Shown: one piece after another, positions 1 to 10,577 of the stretch
Layout of the letters: each line of letters begins with the position of its first letter
Numbering within the stretch: position 1 is the stretch's first letter
IMG/VR virus record: IMGVR_UViG_3300028887_000067
Coordinates: 96,001-160,000 of that record
Length of the DNA stretch: 64,000 nucleotides
DNA from: a virus
Lineage: Duplodnaviria > Caudoviricetes
Strand: one strand, 5' to 3'
Program-made: the position numbers and the translations under genes
Notes under the pieces: model-generated
Told to the model about the DNA's origin: nothing
The model's database searches: none
The model's input: only the letters and a program-made list of their open reading frames with translations

Positions 1-4
1 CTAC

Positions 5-559
5 ATGATAATGACCTTGATGACCGGCATTGTCCCGAAGTGGCTCGACAATATGAAGGCTGATACAAAGGATGTCGACCTGTGGAAGTCTGAGAACGTG
101 CGCGATGTGATGAAGGCCATTGTCAAGATGTACCATCCTGACATCCAGCTCAACCGTATGGTCAAGCTCGCTGATTTCGGCTATGTGACTATGGATACGT
201 TCCGCACCATGTGCAACTATGCCTATATGAAGGCGTCCGAGGCCGGACTAACGGCGCAGTCTGTTTGTGAAAACTTCAAGGTTGCCGAAGAAGTCCTTAC
301 CCGGCAATCTATGGACAAGGAAGGTAAGCCTGTGTATAGTCTTGATGACCTGCAACGCGAGCATATGTCCCGTGATACAACTCCAGAGACTTCTCCTGAA
401 GATTCTTCTACCACGGAAACCACCAATGCGGTGAAACCATCAGAACCTGTTGAAGTGTCCGTTGGTGGCCCTGTCAAGAAGTCAAAGCCAGTCGCCCAGC
501 CCGTCGGCAAGGACGACTATGACGATGTAGTTCCCGAAGTACACGGCGCTGGAGAATAA
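5..559 (+). CDS. hypothetical protein, probably 5'-truncated by the window edge
   Basis: Frame is open from the window start; low-complexity acidic C-terminus; stop overlaps the next start (TAATG). Confidence 0.6.
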   Translation: MIMTLMTGIVPKWLDNMKADTKDVDLWKSENVRDVMKAIVKMYHPDIQLNRMVKLADFGYVTMDTFRTMCNYAYMKASEAGLTAQSVCENFKVAEEVLTRQSMDKEGKPVYSLDDLQREHMSRDTTPETSPEDSSTTETTNAVKPSEPVEVSVGGPVKKSKPVAQPVGKDDYDDVVPEVHGAGE

Positions 560-1035
560 TGAGTACCTTGCACATTATGGTCGGCGTCCCAGGCGCCGGC
601 AAGTCCACGTACTCGACCAAGCTGGCCGAGTCGCTTGGGTGTACTCGCGTGTCGTTTGACGTGATCATGGAGGAGATCCGTAGCAACCGTGCCCTCAGGG
701 CGCATTGGGTTCGTGGCGAGAAGGTTCGGGAAGAATACTACGAACGGATCGCTTCGTCTTTGGCATCCGGTGACGTGGTCGCTGATTCAACTCACGTCCA
801 TACACGGGACTTGCAGAAGTTGATGGCGATATCGCCAGAAGGCACGGACTTCAAGGTGTACTGGTTCGATATATCGCCCGAAGTCGCCGTTGAAAGACAG
901 AAACAGCGCAAGAGACAGGTTCCTGCGCCGGTTATCCGGATGATGTGGATGGCAATGCAGACTTGCTGGAAACAGCTAGGCAGAATGCTGCCGGAAGACC
1001 ATATTGTCGTGATTGACGAGACGGTTAGCGCCTGA
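559..1035 (+). CDS. P-loop kinase, AAA_33 / polynucleotide-kinase-like
   Basis: Walker A GVPGAGKST, SFD after it, VVADST, RQKQRKRQVP lid motif. Confidence 0.8.
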   Translation: MSTLHIMVGVPGAGKSTYSTKLAESLGCTRVSFDVIMEEIRSNRALRAHWVRGEKVREEYYERIASSLASGDVVADSTHVHTRDLQKLMAISPEGTDFKVYWFDISPEVAVERQKQRKRQVPAPVIRMMWMAMQTCWKQLGRMLPEDHIVVIDETVSA

Positions 1036-1600
1036 TTGCCTCGTAGTCGAATCCGGTGTAATTCTTGAAAGCGTTTAGGGCCGATTCGCACGAAGCCGCC
1101 AACGCGGATACCTGCGACTCGTCGATTGGGGACGGGTTCGCCGATTCAGTCCTTGGTGTAGCGACTCCGTCGCAGCTGTGGTAGAGTACTCCGTTTCCTT
1201 TTTTGACGTTTTCGAAGAGCCGGCGGATTTCCGGCACGATGTCGCTTGACGGGTTTTCCTTTTCGAAGCTCTCTAGAACGGCTTCGACGCCGAACTTCTC
1301 GACGGCCTCGCCAGCAGGGGAGCCGTCGCCGCTGAGGCCACCGGAACCCATGCCGATGTCGGCTACCGGTCCGGACGTGCCGACCGTGCTGGTACCGAGC
1401 ACCACGGGATGGGTGCTTGCGGCGGGGCCCGGAGCGTGCCCGAAATGTTCACCCGGAACAGAACTGAATCCGTATTCGGGGAATCCGACCTTGGCGTGCT
1501 TACGCTTTTCCTTTCCCTTCTTGGGTTGGAACGAATCCCTGATGGCCTTGCCGTTCTTGCAGGCCGTCTGGCAGTCCTTGATAAATTTGAATGCGTCCAT
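1025..1600 (-). CDS. hypothetical late protein (possible internal head protein)
   Basis: 191-aa ORF preceded by TATAAACT at 1625-1632 (minus); contains VLES and LFEN motifs. Confidence 0.65.
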   Translation of the reverse strand: MDAFKFIKDCQTACKNGKAIRDSFQPKKGKEKRKHAKVGFPEYGFSSVPGEHFGHAPGPAASTHPVVLGTSTVGTSGPVADIGMGSGGLSGDGSPAGEAVEKFGVEAVLESFEKENPSSDIVPEIRRLFENVKKGNGVLYHSCDGVATPRTESANPSPIDESQVSALAASCESALNAFKNYTGFDYEAIRR

Positions 1601-1646
1601 TGGTTCACCGGATTCTTTTGATGTAGTTTATAAGCTGAGGTATTAT

Positions 1647-2606
1647 ATGACCGCTTACGAAGTACTTGGTGTCGACGTGAAGGCGACCGACGAAGAAATA
1701 CAGAAGGCCTACAAGGCTATGGCTAGGAAATATCATCCCGACAAGAACAACGGGGACGACAGCAAGATGGTCGAACTCAACGAGGCTATGAAGATGGTCG
1801 GGACTCCGGAGGCTCGTAAGAAGTATGACGAGAACAACGCGAATACGGCAGTTTTCCGTATGATGGAGACTGTTTTCGGCCGGCCTACAGTGGCTCGTGA
1901 TTTCGGTAAGGCGCCAGTGAATCAGGATCCGAAGATGAAGGACGGAAAGGACATCAACCTCAAGGTTTCGATTCCGTTGGACGTGTATCTAGGTGGTATG
2001 GAACGGGCTCCCATAAAGTTTTGCCGGAAGTGTGAATGTTTGGACTGCAGCGGTACGGGCGGAAACAGGAAAAGTACGTGTCCCGTATGCGGTGGTTATG
2101 GCTACGTCGTGAAGGACGGAAAGAAATCTTCATGTACCCGTTGTAATGGCACCGGTAGCGTAGTGACCAAGAAATGCAAGACGTGTAACGGCAAGGGTTA
2201 CCTGAAGAACAAGGTCGAAAAGATTATCGCGTATAGGCCGGGTTCACTCACGGCTACCATAAAGGGAGCCGGTGACAACGGTATGCACGGTGGCGCCAAC
2301 GGCGACCTGTTAATAACCTTCAACGTCAAGCCGGTAGGCGACGCCTTTTTCGACCCAGCAGACGAGACGGTAAACCTCCGGACTAGCTTCGACATCGAGG
2401 ATTTAGTGCTCGGCGTCACGAAGCGGTTTATAATTGGCAACTGGTCGGCCTATGTTTCCTTCACGCCTGACGACATGAAGAAGATTCCTATTATCAAGAC
2501 CGTAGGACGATTCAAGTTCAAGGTATCTGTGGCCTTGGAAATCAACAAGAATGATGCTATTTTTGCCCAAGAACTCCGTAACAGCCGGATAAATGAGCTA
2601 ATTTAA
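1647..2606 (+). CDS. dnaJ: DnaJ-family co-chaperone (J domain + zinc finger + C-terminal domain)
   Basis: YEVLGV...KYHPDKN J domain; four CxxCxGxG repeats (CLDCSGTG, CPVCGGYG, CTRCNGTG, CKTCNGKG); GxNGDL; ATG 1647 after GAGG. Confidence 0.92.
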   Translation: MTAYEVLGVDVKATDEEIQKAYKAMARKYHPDKNNGDDSKMVELNEAMKMVGTPEARKKYDENNANTAVFRMMETVFGRPTVARDFGKAPVNQDPKMKDGKDINLKVSIPLDVYLGGMERAPIKFCRKCECLDCSGTGGNRKSTCPVCGGYGYVVKDGKKSSCTRCNGTGSVVTKKCKTCNGKGYLKNKVEKIIAYRPGSLTATIKGAGDNGMHGGANGDLLITFNVKPVGDAFFDPADETVNLRTSFDIEDLVLGVTKRFIIGNWSAYVSFTPDDMKKIPIIKTVGRFKFKVSVALEINKNDAIFAQELRNSRINELI

Positions 2607-2627
2607 ACATCAAAACGAGGTCACACG

Positions 2628-3092
2628 ATGTCCGAAAATATTGAAACTACAGCGCAGGAAGCTCCGGTCGAAACCCAGGCTGAACCAAAGAAGGAACCAA
2701 GGATTCTGAAGATATCGGTTCTTGATCGTATCCTCGGTATTCGTTTCGTCCAGGTGCTCCATTGTACGTGGACGCTTCGCGTCGCCTACCAAAAGGTGGT
2801 AGACATCCTTACCCCGACCGACGACGAGAAAACTAAGGCAGGCATCTATTTCGACAACAACGGGAATCCGCACGCGAAGTCCGACTTTATCACCGAGGTC
2901 GACTTTGCCGATTTTCCACCTGAAATCATAAAGGCTATCCGCACCCAGATAGAGTTCTTCGAGGAAGCGCGTCGTAGGGAACACGGCGACATCATCCACA
3001 AGATCTATCACGACTGGTGCAGGGTTTACGGCGAGGTTATCGGATATGAAGAGATTCCGGATACGAATCGTCCTGAGATCGTTTACGAATAA
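2628..3092 (+). CDS. hypothetical protein
   Basis: 154-aa ORF with GAGG RBS. Confidence 0.7.
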   Translation: MSENIETTAQEAPVETQAEPKKEPRILKISVLDRILGIRFVQVLHCTWTLRVAYQKVVDILTPTDDEKTKAGIYFDNNGNPHAKSDFITEVDFADFPPEIIKAIRTQIEFFEEARRREHGDIIHKIYHDWCRVYGEVIGYEEIPDTNRPEIVYE

Positions 3093-3186
3093 AATTGGAC
3101 AACTCACGAGGAAGGTGGTCGGTATCCCCGGCCGTCTTTCTTCGTTTTTGGTCAACGGCTGGAACCGGTCTTTAACTGGCAGGACA

Positions 3187-4215
3187 ATGGGCAAGTTGAC
3201 CAAGTGGATTTATGGTAACTGGATAGAAGGCCGTACGTTGACTACGCTGGACAGGGGATTCACTACATTGGATTCTACCAAGACCCTGTACTGCTCTAAC
3301 ATTGACGGCGACGATATGGCGACTGATTTCCGCAAGTTCATAGAGATGGCGGTAAATGACAAATCCATGTGGAATCGCCCGATTAAGTGCTTTTTCAATA
3401 CCGGCGTGTATCAGGTGAATGCGAGGACTGAATACGCAATCCTGTTCGTCATGGGCGGTGTTCCCTATATTTTGACGACAAGAATTTGCCTTGCCGGAAC
3501 GGATGAACATGACCCAGAATTTATGACGGCCGACAACTCGGTAATTGCGCAGATAATTTCCGAAAATGCCAAGAACGTTGCTTCTGTTGGATTTGTTGAC
3601 CCGAGTGAAAACGTGACCAACTATGTATCGGAGTTTGTAAAGAGCAATCCGGTAATGAAGAATCCGAACATCAGCTATGCGCTGGCATTGGATTTCTCCA
3701 TTAGCGGGGCGATGAGGTATCACGGGGCCATCTACAAGCCCGGCGCTTTCCTGTACGACATTTTCACGACGAATAGGGTAGTGTCGCTGGCCATCAGGCC
3801 AAACAAGGACTTCGCCACCGGCGATACGATGAACGAGAATGCGTCGTTGCCGGATGGGATGGAAATATTGCTGGTAGGCGGCGAACCCGACTTGGTGTCT
3901 GTCGGGACGGTATGCACGCCGAATGGATGTATGTTTGATGTGTGGGTTCCCAACAGGAAGAACTTCTACAAGTCGGCCGTGAATGCCATGGCTAACGAAT
4001 ATCTTCCTTGTGATGCGTTCGAGCTTAATGAGGAGGATTTCATCAAGTCATATGCTATACTGGTAACGACTCTTCGTGAAATCGATGAGGAGCGCAACGG
4101 GCCCGACGATGATGAGATGGAGGCCGATGGCGTCAACGCTACGATGATTACCGACGAGGTCGACGACGGCGACGAAGCTCCCGTCCTGATAGAGCTTCCC
4201 GAATACCTGATCTGA
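3187..4215 (+). CDS. hypothetical protein with acidic C-terminus
   Basis: ATG 3187 after AGGA; followed by a terminator hairpin. Confidence 0.7.
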   Translation: MGKLTKWIYGNWIEGRTLTTLDRGFTTLDSTKTLYCSNIDGDDMATDFRKFIEMAVNDKSMWNRPIKCFFNTGVYQVNARTEYAILFVMGGVPYILTTRICLAGTDEHDPEFMTADNSVIAQIISENAKNVASVGFVDPSENVTNYVSEFVKSNPVMKNPNISYALALDFSISGAMRYHGAIYKPGAFLYDIFTTNRVVSLAIRPNKDFATGDTMNENASLPDGMEILLVGGEPDLVSVGTVCTPNGCMFDVWVPNRKNFYKSAVNAMANEYLPCDAFELNEEDFIKSYAILVTTLREIDEERNGPDDDEMEADGVNATMITDEVDDGDEAPVLIELPEYLI

Positions 4216-4236
4216 TTACGGATATTGCCAATATTT

Positions 4237-4260
4237 GAGCCGGCATCGCCGGCTCTTTTT
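4237..4260 (+). terminator. intrinsic terminator
   Basis: GAGCCGGC-ATC-GCCGGCTC followed by TTTTT. Confidence 0.75.
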
Positions 4261-4281
4261 CGTTTTGGGGGCCGGAAATCG

Positions 4282-4289
4282 TATAAACT
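4282..4289 (+). promoter_or_regulatory. late-type promoter motif TATAAACT
   Basis: Recurrent intergenic motif, 25 nt upstream of ATG 4315; resembles the T4 late promoter TATAAATA. Confidence 0.7.
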
Positions 4290-4314
4290 GCGGATAGCAT
4301 TTGGGAAATGACCT

Positions 4315-5397
4315 ATGACGGCATATATCGACGACGCAGCTCGCGCTAGGGAGGCCATCCGTCAGTTCAATCAGCAGAAGAACGCGTTCAACGAACGTAC
4401 GAGGGAATCGGCTGACCCGGATAATCTGGCGAAGCGCATCATTAGTCAGATGTTGTTTGCGTTTAAGTACAATCCGAACAATCCTTCGATGACTGACCTT
4501 GCGCCCAATGAAATTATGGACAGTATCGACTATCTGTCCAAAAACGGGGCATTCCGTTCTTTCGGTGTAGATCCCGATAATCTGGCTCGATATATGGCTG
4601 TCGCGTACAAGGAGCATGGCGCCAAGGAGTCGCAGGTCGCTCTGGACAGAGCTGCCAAGGAATCCGACCTGTTCAAGGCTCATCAGGCCCAGACCAGGAT
4701 GGCGGACGAGGCCGAGCTGAACAAGACCGCAAAGTTCAAGAGTATGGACGGGGTCAACATGGGCGTGCTCTACAAGTTGGCTTACGAACAGGGCGGCGTT
4801 CTGTACAGAAAGGATTTCGTGTCCAGTGTATGGGATGCCGTGCTGAAGGTCCGCGAATTTACGTTCAAGATGACGTGCGAGATTTTTGGACGTTCCGACG
4901 ACGGAACCGAATATACGGTCGAACGAGCGAACGTTGCGAATGCCGACAAGGTTACTTTTAAGAACTTGTTTTCCGACGACGTGAACAACTCACAGCCGAT
5001 GACAAATGATGCATGGTCTCGTACAGGATTCTTCTCGGACGACGAGCATACTAGGAAGCTGCACGAAATTGCACTTACCGACGAAACCCAGCAGTGTAAT
5101 GCGAAGGTTCTCGGTATGTTTGGTCGCCAGCGTAACGATTCCGGTGCGATTATTGTTACGGCGTATGGCCAGTTTGCCGACGATGATTCGTTTACCCACG
5201 TAATCAGTGGTGCGTATCTCCTTTCGTCGGGCCTTGCCGTTATGTATGCCAGACAAAAGAATGCTGACGGAGAACTTGTCCCGGTTATGGATGGCGACGA
5301 ACCCGCTGTGTATGCGGGCGGTTCCCTCCTGCTCACTGATATGTTACAGATTGCCGGACGTTATCGTAGTGCCGATGAAATGCTCGGTAAGGAATAG
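4315..5397 (+). CDS. hypothetical late protein
   Basis: 360-aa ORF after the late-type motif. Confidence 0.7.
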   Translation: MTAYIDDAARAREAIRQFNQQKNAFNERTRESADPDNLAKRIISQMLFAFKYNPNNPSMTDLAPNEIMDSIDYLSKNGAFRSFGVDPDNLARYMAVAYKEHGAKESQVALDRAAKESDLFKAHQAQTRMADEAELNKTAKFKSMDGVNMGVLYKLAYEQGGVLYRKDFVSSVWDAVLKVREFTFKMTCEIFGRSDDGTEYTVERANVANADKVTFKNLFSDDVNNSQPMTNDAWSRTGFFSDDEHTRKLHEIALTDETQQCNAKVLGMFGRQRNDSGAIIVTAYGQFADDDSFTHVISGAYLLSSGLAVMYARQKNADGELVPVMDGDEPAVYAGGSLLLTDMLQIAGRYRSADEMLGKE

Positions 5398-5408
5398 GGG
5401 GATTTCGT

Positions 5409-7508
5409 ATGGAACACAATAAGTATGCCTCGATGGTCAGAATGGCCTTGATTACGCTTGTAACTGCTTGGCAACGCAAGCATAAGTCCATACGGCGTCC
5501 GACGATTACTGGAGACAATATAGCCGACTGGTGGTCCCTGCTTTTGAACGTGGTTTACCGTAATGGTGACTCGTTGCTTCCTGAGGACAAGCAGCAGGAA
5601 TATAATAGGCTTATGTCTGCATCTGACGACGAGAACGCGATGAAGCAAATCGCTAATCGTGTGACTATGGCTATGACCGACCCGAACAGCTTTGCGAATT
5701 TTGTTGAAAAAATGCACGGCAGTATAATCGCGATGTACAAGCATGATAAGGGTGCTCGCGACGTTTCCAAAGATACACGAATATATGACGTAGGCTCCCG
5801 TAGTTACAGCAAGGGTGAAATAGTGTGGTTTACCACGCCGGAAGTATTTCAGATGGTTAAGATGCACCTCGAGAGCAAGTTGCATAGGAAGCCGTCTAAT
5901 AGCGAAGTCGTATCGAAACTTGGCGAGCGCGGACAGCTTTGCACCTATATGCTTTACGACCCGGAAGATAATCGGAATGGGCGTACTGGCCGTTTCATCC
6001 TATGTCCATCCAGAATCGATGGTTATAAGTTCGATATTCCGGCGTCGATAGCAAAGACGATCAACGACGCGGTTGGTGAAAACGTTGCGTCTGTTGTAGA
6101 TCCGAAAACGGCTACCTACACGCGAAAAGTTACTAATGAGCGCGGAGTGGTCTCTTATCCGACTCGCGTACTCGGTAAGTCTACGCAGGGAATGTCTGGC
6201 TGTGTGGAGATTACGAGCGATTTCTTCATTAAGAAATCTACTCCGCACGGAATTGTTGATGTTGAACCGCGTGAGATTGTGAGCGAATTGATTACTCGAA
6301 ATTCCGACCTGTTTGTCCTTGTACAGATGTCTAAGGGAGGTGTCGCATCGTCCGATATTTCTGCCGATACGGGTGACGCGGATGACGACGCCGTTGCAAA
6401 TAATAGGGCCGAAGGCAATATTGCGACTTCCCATCAACGCCTTGGTGAGCAGATGGATAATTCCCTACTGAACAAGACGCTGTCTGCTGTCGTGGACAAG
6501 CATAACGGTCTGCCAAAGCGTATCGCAATTCTTAACACCTTGGCAAAGGAAGTCGGTTTCCAGAGTCGCGCCGAGCACTCGAAGTCTCTTGACGATGGTT
6601 GGTGCGTATCCAAGTTTGAACCACCGCAAATTCAATCAGGTGACGACGACCTTGACAAGATAGCCAAGATGGTGACGAGCGTCAGCAATTACCTGGTAGG
6701 CACCGCTGTTACAGCGTCCGGCAATACGATAATGTCAGACGCGATTGCCCCGAAGCTGTATCGGGCTCTGTACGGAAAGGCCAACAAGGTCAGCTTCGCC
6801 ACCAACAAGATGCCCAAGACTACAAAGGATCGTATCTCGCTGGAAGGCTATACCAATACGATGAAGGCCGTTATCGACTCGGTTATCGCCAATAACGAGC
6901 TGAACAGGTCTTTGGCCGGACTTTTGAAGGACGGCAAGACCGCGTTTAACGACTTGAGGAATTATGTCGAATCGGCCTACGCCGCAATGAGCATGTTCTC
7001 GTTGAAGCCGTATGGGGCGGTTGACATTGGCCAGGCCGAACGCGAGCAAAGCGCTATGAATACGGCCAAGTCGTTCGACCAAGTCATGATTGACCCAGCC
7101 AAGTTCAGCAAGTACACCGGAATGACCTGTGGCTATTCCAAGCCGACCCCGCTGGGCGAAGTGCTGAATTTCGTGTCGCTGATGGCTGAAGAGGACGATG
7201 AGGATTCTCCGTTTGGTAATGCCGATTCGGATATCCTTCACAAGAACCCGATTATCAACAAGGTACTTGTCGCGCTTAACCACGTGATGACCAACAAGGG
7301 AACCGACTCTGACGGAAAGGTACTGAAGGAGTTTGTCGAAAATACCAAGTATACTCCAGAACAGCCTAAGCCTGAACCCGAGACGAAGGTTGAAGAACCT
7401 AAACCGGAACAACCGAAGGAAACTCCGCAACCTCAGTCCAAGCCGGAAGAACCTCAACCCGAACCGGAGCCTGATGACGACGATGACGACGGCCCGCTGA
7501 TGATGTAG
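5409..7508 (+). CDS. hypothetical protein with Pro/Glu-rich C-terminal tail
   Basis: 699-aa ORF; ends in PEQPKPEPE...PEPEPDDDDDD. Confidence 0.75.
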   Translation: MEHNKYASMVRMALITLVTAWQRKHKSIRRPTITGDNIADWWSLLLNVVYRNGDSLLPEDKQQEYNRLMSASDDENAMKQIANRVTMAMTDPNSFANFVEKMHGSIIAMYKHDKGARDVSKDTRIYDVGSRSYSKGEIVWFTTPEVFQMVKMHLESKLHRKPSNSEVVSKLGERGQLCTYMLYDPEDNRNGRTGRFILCPSRIDGYKFDIPASIAKTINDAVGENVASVVDPKTATYTRKVTNERGVVSYPTRVLGKSTQGMSGCVEITSDFFIKKSTPHGIVDVEPREIVSELITRNSDLFVLVQMSKGGVASSDISADTGDADDDAVANNRAEGNIATSHQRLGEQMDNSLLNKTLSAVVDKHNGLPKRIAILNTLAKEVGFQSRAEHSKSLDDGWCVSKFEPPQIQSGDDDLDKIAKMVTSVSNYLVGTAVTASGNTIMSDAIAPKLYRALYGKANKVSFATNKMPKTTKDRISLEGYTNTMKAVIDSVIANNELNRSLAGLLKDGKTAFNDLRNYVESAYAAMSMFSLKPYGAVDIGQAEREQSAMNTAKSFDQVMIDPAKFSKYTGMTCGYSKPTPLGEVLNFVSLMAEEDDEDSPFGNADSDILHKNPIINKVLVALNHVMTNKGTDSDGKVLKEFVENTKYTPEQPKPEPETKVEEPKPEQPKETPQPQSKPEEPQPEPEPDDDDDDGPLMM

Positions 7509-7515
7509 GTTTGAT

Positions 7516-9549
7516 ATGGAATGTATAACTTCATATAACGCCGTCAACAAGCAATTTACCATTGATGTGTCTAATGAGCCGTCGAATGTTTTTAGGGCTC
7601 GGTTGTTGCTAAATTATGGCGGGATTTTGTCTTATTCCGGCTCTAACGGTAGCGGGATAGTTGCTAGTGTAACCACGCCAGGTGATAACGTCATCGGGTA
7701 TGACGATTGGAATAGCTCTTTCCGCCCGCCCCGTATAGATTCCCAGGACAGCAATTTTAATTGTGAAATCGATATCGAGCTGCATGATTCTGCGGAACAT
7801 ATAATTACTCTATCCGATGTGATAAATGATGATTCGGCTTCGATTGCCGGCGTCCTTGTTGAATATCTTCCGGACGAGAGCCGTGGATCAATTGACCGTA
7901 TTCGTGTAATAGGCAACCGGGTCATTGTCCAGACGAATGGCGTGCATCCGTTTCAGGTGGGCGAATCCGTCGAGATTAGCAATGAATCGTTGGCAAGTTC
8001 CCATCTTCTTGGCCCCAACGGACTTAGACTCTGTGGAAACTTCATAGTGCAGTCCAGAACTGACCATTCGTTCACGTATTATACCAAGCATTACATAGAC
8101 CCGACCTCCGAGGTGGTAATTTCCGATTCTGGCTGGCAATATACAAAGTGGGTTGCAGGTCACGGCGACAGCTACATTCCATCTATTCCGTCGGCTGCGA
8201 TTCCGGTGAACTGGGACCAGGGATTCGAAAATATTCCCGCGTACGACCATATGTCGAATACGTATTTAGTCGAGCCAACCCTTGACACGTATTTCACCGA
8301 AGGTGACACAGCCGTCCATATCGGTGAATCTGTTCTCAAGTGCAGCGGTGGCGCAAGCCGGTCGATGGTCTGTATGAAGTTCCCGAAGATAACGATGGAT
8401 GTAGACTACGGGCAGGCAGCTGTGCTCAAGATGTTTGCCGCTTCAATCGACACAAGTGAGGCGACCCTCACTCTTTATCAGATGGATTCGAACGGGTGGC
8501 GCGACGATATGTCCTACGAGGAGGCCTTGGCCCACGTGACCCAGGTGCCCGTTTCGTCTTGTCGAGTGGTAAACCCGGCCTTGAAGAAGGATAACCGGTC
8601 GGCCGACACGCCGAACGTAGGTAACTACGGGAACTACGCCGAGTTTCCAATTGACTCCGCCATCGTTTCTGCGTGGCTTTCCGGAAGCAATTCCTACTCC
8701 CCGTCAGTGGCTATGAAAGTTGTCGGCGAGGCGTCCTCGACCGTCGAGTTCAACTCTACCGACGCGGGCGCTTTACCCCCGTATTTCGTGATTAGCGGCG
8801 GTGAGGCCGCTATGGTCGACCCTGTACCATTCGATATTGTAATTACCAGCCCGTCGGCGGAGCCCGGACAGGTGGTCCGCATCGAGGTGAACCAGCCGGA
8901 CTGCACTTTCGGAAACAGCCTCTACGACAATGTGGTGACGTTCAACGGGGAATCTGCCATTATTATGTCGGGTTCGCCGTACTACATCGATGCGGTAGTC
9001 CCCGACACGGTGGCCGGACCCACGCAGGTTATGGTACTGCGTAAGCTCCGTACCAGGCCTGGCAATCCCGTCCAGATAACGAATCCGGCATCGGTATACG
9101 TGGTGAACGACTTGGCCAAGCGCGACGTACGACTCGCCGAGAAGAAGATTCCCGGTGAAATCATGACCAAGGTCAGTCGTTCAGCTCTGTACAACCGCGA
9201 TCTCGGTTTTAGCAACTTTACTGAAATTACCGACGAGACCAGCCTGTTGCAGAATGTCTATTCATGCCTTCTGACTAGCCGTGGAGAGCGTCTGTTTAAC
9301 CAGAATTTCGGCACACGCATTGAAGAAAAGATATTCACGCTGGGGGACGCCACCGAGGAAACTGAGCTTCTGAAGGAATGTATCCAGGCTGTCGAGACAT
9401 ACGAACCCAGGGTGACGATCGACCCCGAGCGCAGCTCCTGCAATTTCGACGAGGCCGGACAATATAATTTAATCCTTGCGGTCATATTGCCGACGGCAAG
9501 GACCGAGATGTTGAAGTTTACATTCAAGAGCCGTGGACGGTATGTCTGA
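7516..9549 (+). CDS. baseplate wedge gp25-like domain fused to a long beta-rich N-terminal region (DNRLRE-like and IPT/TIG-like segments)
   Basis: C-terminal SLLQNVYSCLLTSRGERLFNQNFGT...IQAVETYEPRV matches the gp25/GPW signature; upstream DTY...R..MKF and SAEPGQVVRI...VTFNGE..I segments. Confidence 0.75.
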   Translation: MECITSYNAVNKQFTIDVSNEPSNVFRARLLLNYGGILSYSGSNGSGIVASVTTPGDNVIGYDDWNSSFRPPRIDSQDSNFNCEIDIELHDSAEHIITLSDVINDDSASIAGVLVEYLPDESRGSIDRIRVIGNRVIVQTNGVHPFQVGESVEISNESLASSHLLGPNGLRLCGNFIVQSRTDHSFTYYTKHYIDPTSEVVISDSGWQYTKWVAGHGDSYIPSIPSAAIPVNWDQGFENIPAYDHMSNTYLVEPTLDTYFTEGDTAVHIGESVLKCSGGASRSMVCMKFPKITMDVDYGQAAVLKMFAASIDTSEATLTLYQMDSNGWRDDMSYEEALAHVTQVPVSSCRVVNPALKKDNRSADTPNVGNYGNYAEFPIDSAIVSAWLSGSNSYSPSVAMKVVGEASSTVEFNSTDAGALPPYFVISGGEAAMVDPVPFDIVITSPSAEPGQVVRIEVNQPDCTFGNSLYDNVVTFNGESAIIMSGSPYYIDAVVPDTVAGPTQVMVLRKLRTRPGNPVQITNPASVYVVNDLAKRDVRLAEKKIPGEIMTKVSRSALYNRDLGFSNFTEITDETSLLQNVYSCLLTSRGERLFNQNFGTRIEEKIFTLGDATEETELLKECIQAVETYEPRVTIDPERSSCNFDEAGQYNLILAVILPTARTEMLKFTFKSRGRYV

Positions 9550-10454
9550 TGTTGATACAGCAAATTGCCGACAAGCAGCTGGTCTATGTACGCGATTACA
9601 AGACCGAATACAAGGATGTCGCCGAAGAGTTCGGAATGCTTGACGAAACGGGTGCCTTTAATAAATACGTAAGAATATCTGAAGAAAATTATATCAACAA
9701 GAACGGCATCGCCATGCCGGCTTTCCACATCGTCGGAAAGACGGTGAACGTGTACGTCGTGAACGACCGCGTAGAGGCCGAGTCCAACGATGCGGAGGGC
9801 ATCGCCAAGGCGCTCAACTACTTCCCGCCCGATTCCCGGTTCAACGTGGGCGACCACGTTTTCGTGTCGAAATTCTCGACCAAGACGGGAATCCTGAAGG
9901 ATTCCGTCCAGAGGGGAATATCGGTGAAAAGCGGGTACAAGAAGGACTTGTCCAAGATTTACGACTTGATGATGCACCTTGACCTGAACAATGGGAAACT
10001 GTTCGAGCCGGTCATAGCTAGGTACGTCTATACGGACAGGGAAATGCCCTCCAGGATGCGACTGGTCGGCTATTTCGACCTGGAGAAATACCTTAGGGTA
10101 CTGAGAGACCCGAAGGCTGACTATTTCCATCATCAAAGCGGCGATTTGTTGGCTTATTTCGAGATGGGCGACAAGAAGTTCGCCGCGACTGTCGTCAAGG
10201 TGGCCAGGGAATGTTGCATTCTCGAGATATCCGGGCCCAAGGGAATATACGATCTTGACAAGATGAAGGAGTTCCACCCGCTGGTCGTTTTGAGCAAATC
10301 CCCGCTGAAAATCAAGGAGGCCCGTTTTCCGTGGTTTAAGGTCAAATTTGACCATACTGACGTTTTTATGACCCCCCTGATGTCCAAGATGGACGCTTGG
10401 AAAAGCCTGCAGGGGGCACTCGATTTGCTGTCTTTGCCGGAGAAAAAGAAATGA
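9549..10454 (+). CDS. hypothetical protein
   Basis: 301-aa ORF translationally coupled (TGATG) to the gp25-like gene. Confidence 0.7.
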   Translation: MLIQQIADKQLVYVRDYKTEYKDVAEEFGMLDETGAFNKYVRISEENYINKNGIAMPAFHIVGKTVNVYVVNDRVEAESNDAEGIAKALNYFPPDSRFNVGDHVFVSKFSTKTGILKDSVQRGISVKSGYKKDLSKIYDLMMHLDLNNGKLFEPVIARYVYTDREMPSRMRLVGYFDLEKYLRVLRDPKADYFHHQSGDLLAYFEMGDKKFAATVVKVARECCILEISGPKGIYDLDKMKEFHPLVVLSKSPLKIKEARFPWFKVKFDHTDVFMTPLMSKMDAWKSLQGALDLLSLPEKKK

Positions 10455-10496
10455 TCGAGTGATAAACGTGTCTTTGCAGAGCCACCCCTTCCCCGT

Positions 10497-10525
10497 TTGT
10501 AATTCAAATTCCCTTTTGCTACCTT
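10497..10525 (+). promoter_or_regulatory. sigma70-like promoter with conserved TTCAAA element (uvsX)
   Basis: TTGTAA-17 nt (ttcaaattcccttttgc)-TACCTT; near-identical copies precede gene 32, gene 43 and the sigma gene. Confidence 0.7.
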
Positions 10526-10577
10526 CCTCGTTGTAATTTTTTTTAAACCCCAAAACCCATATAAAGGACTAATCCCT

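Noticed and set aside
1203-1646. 148-aa N-terminal extension of DnaJ in the ORF track
   Set aside because: Overlaps the minus-strand gene 1025-1600; ATG 1647 has an RBS and starts the J domain
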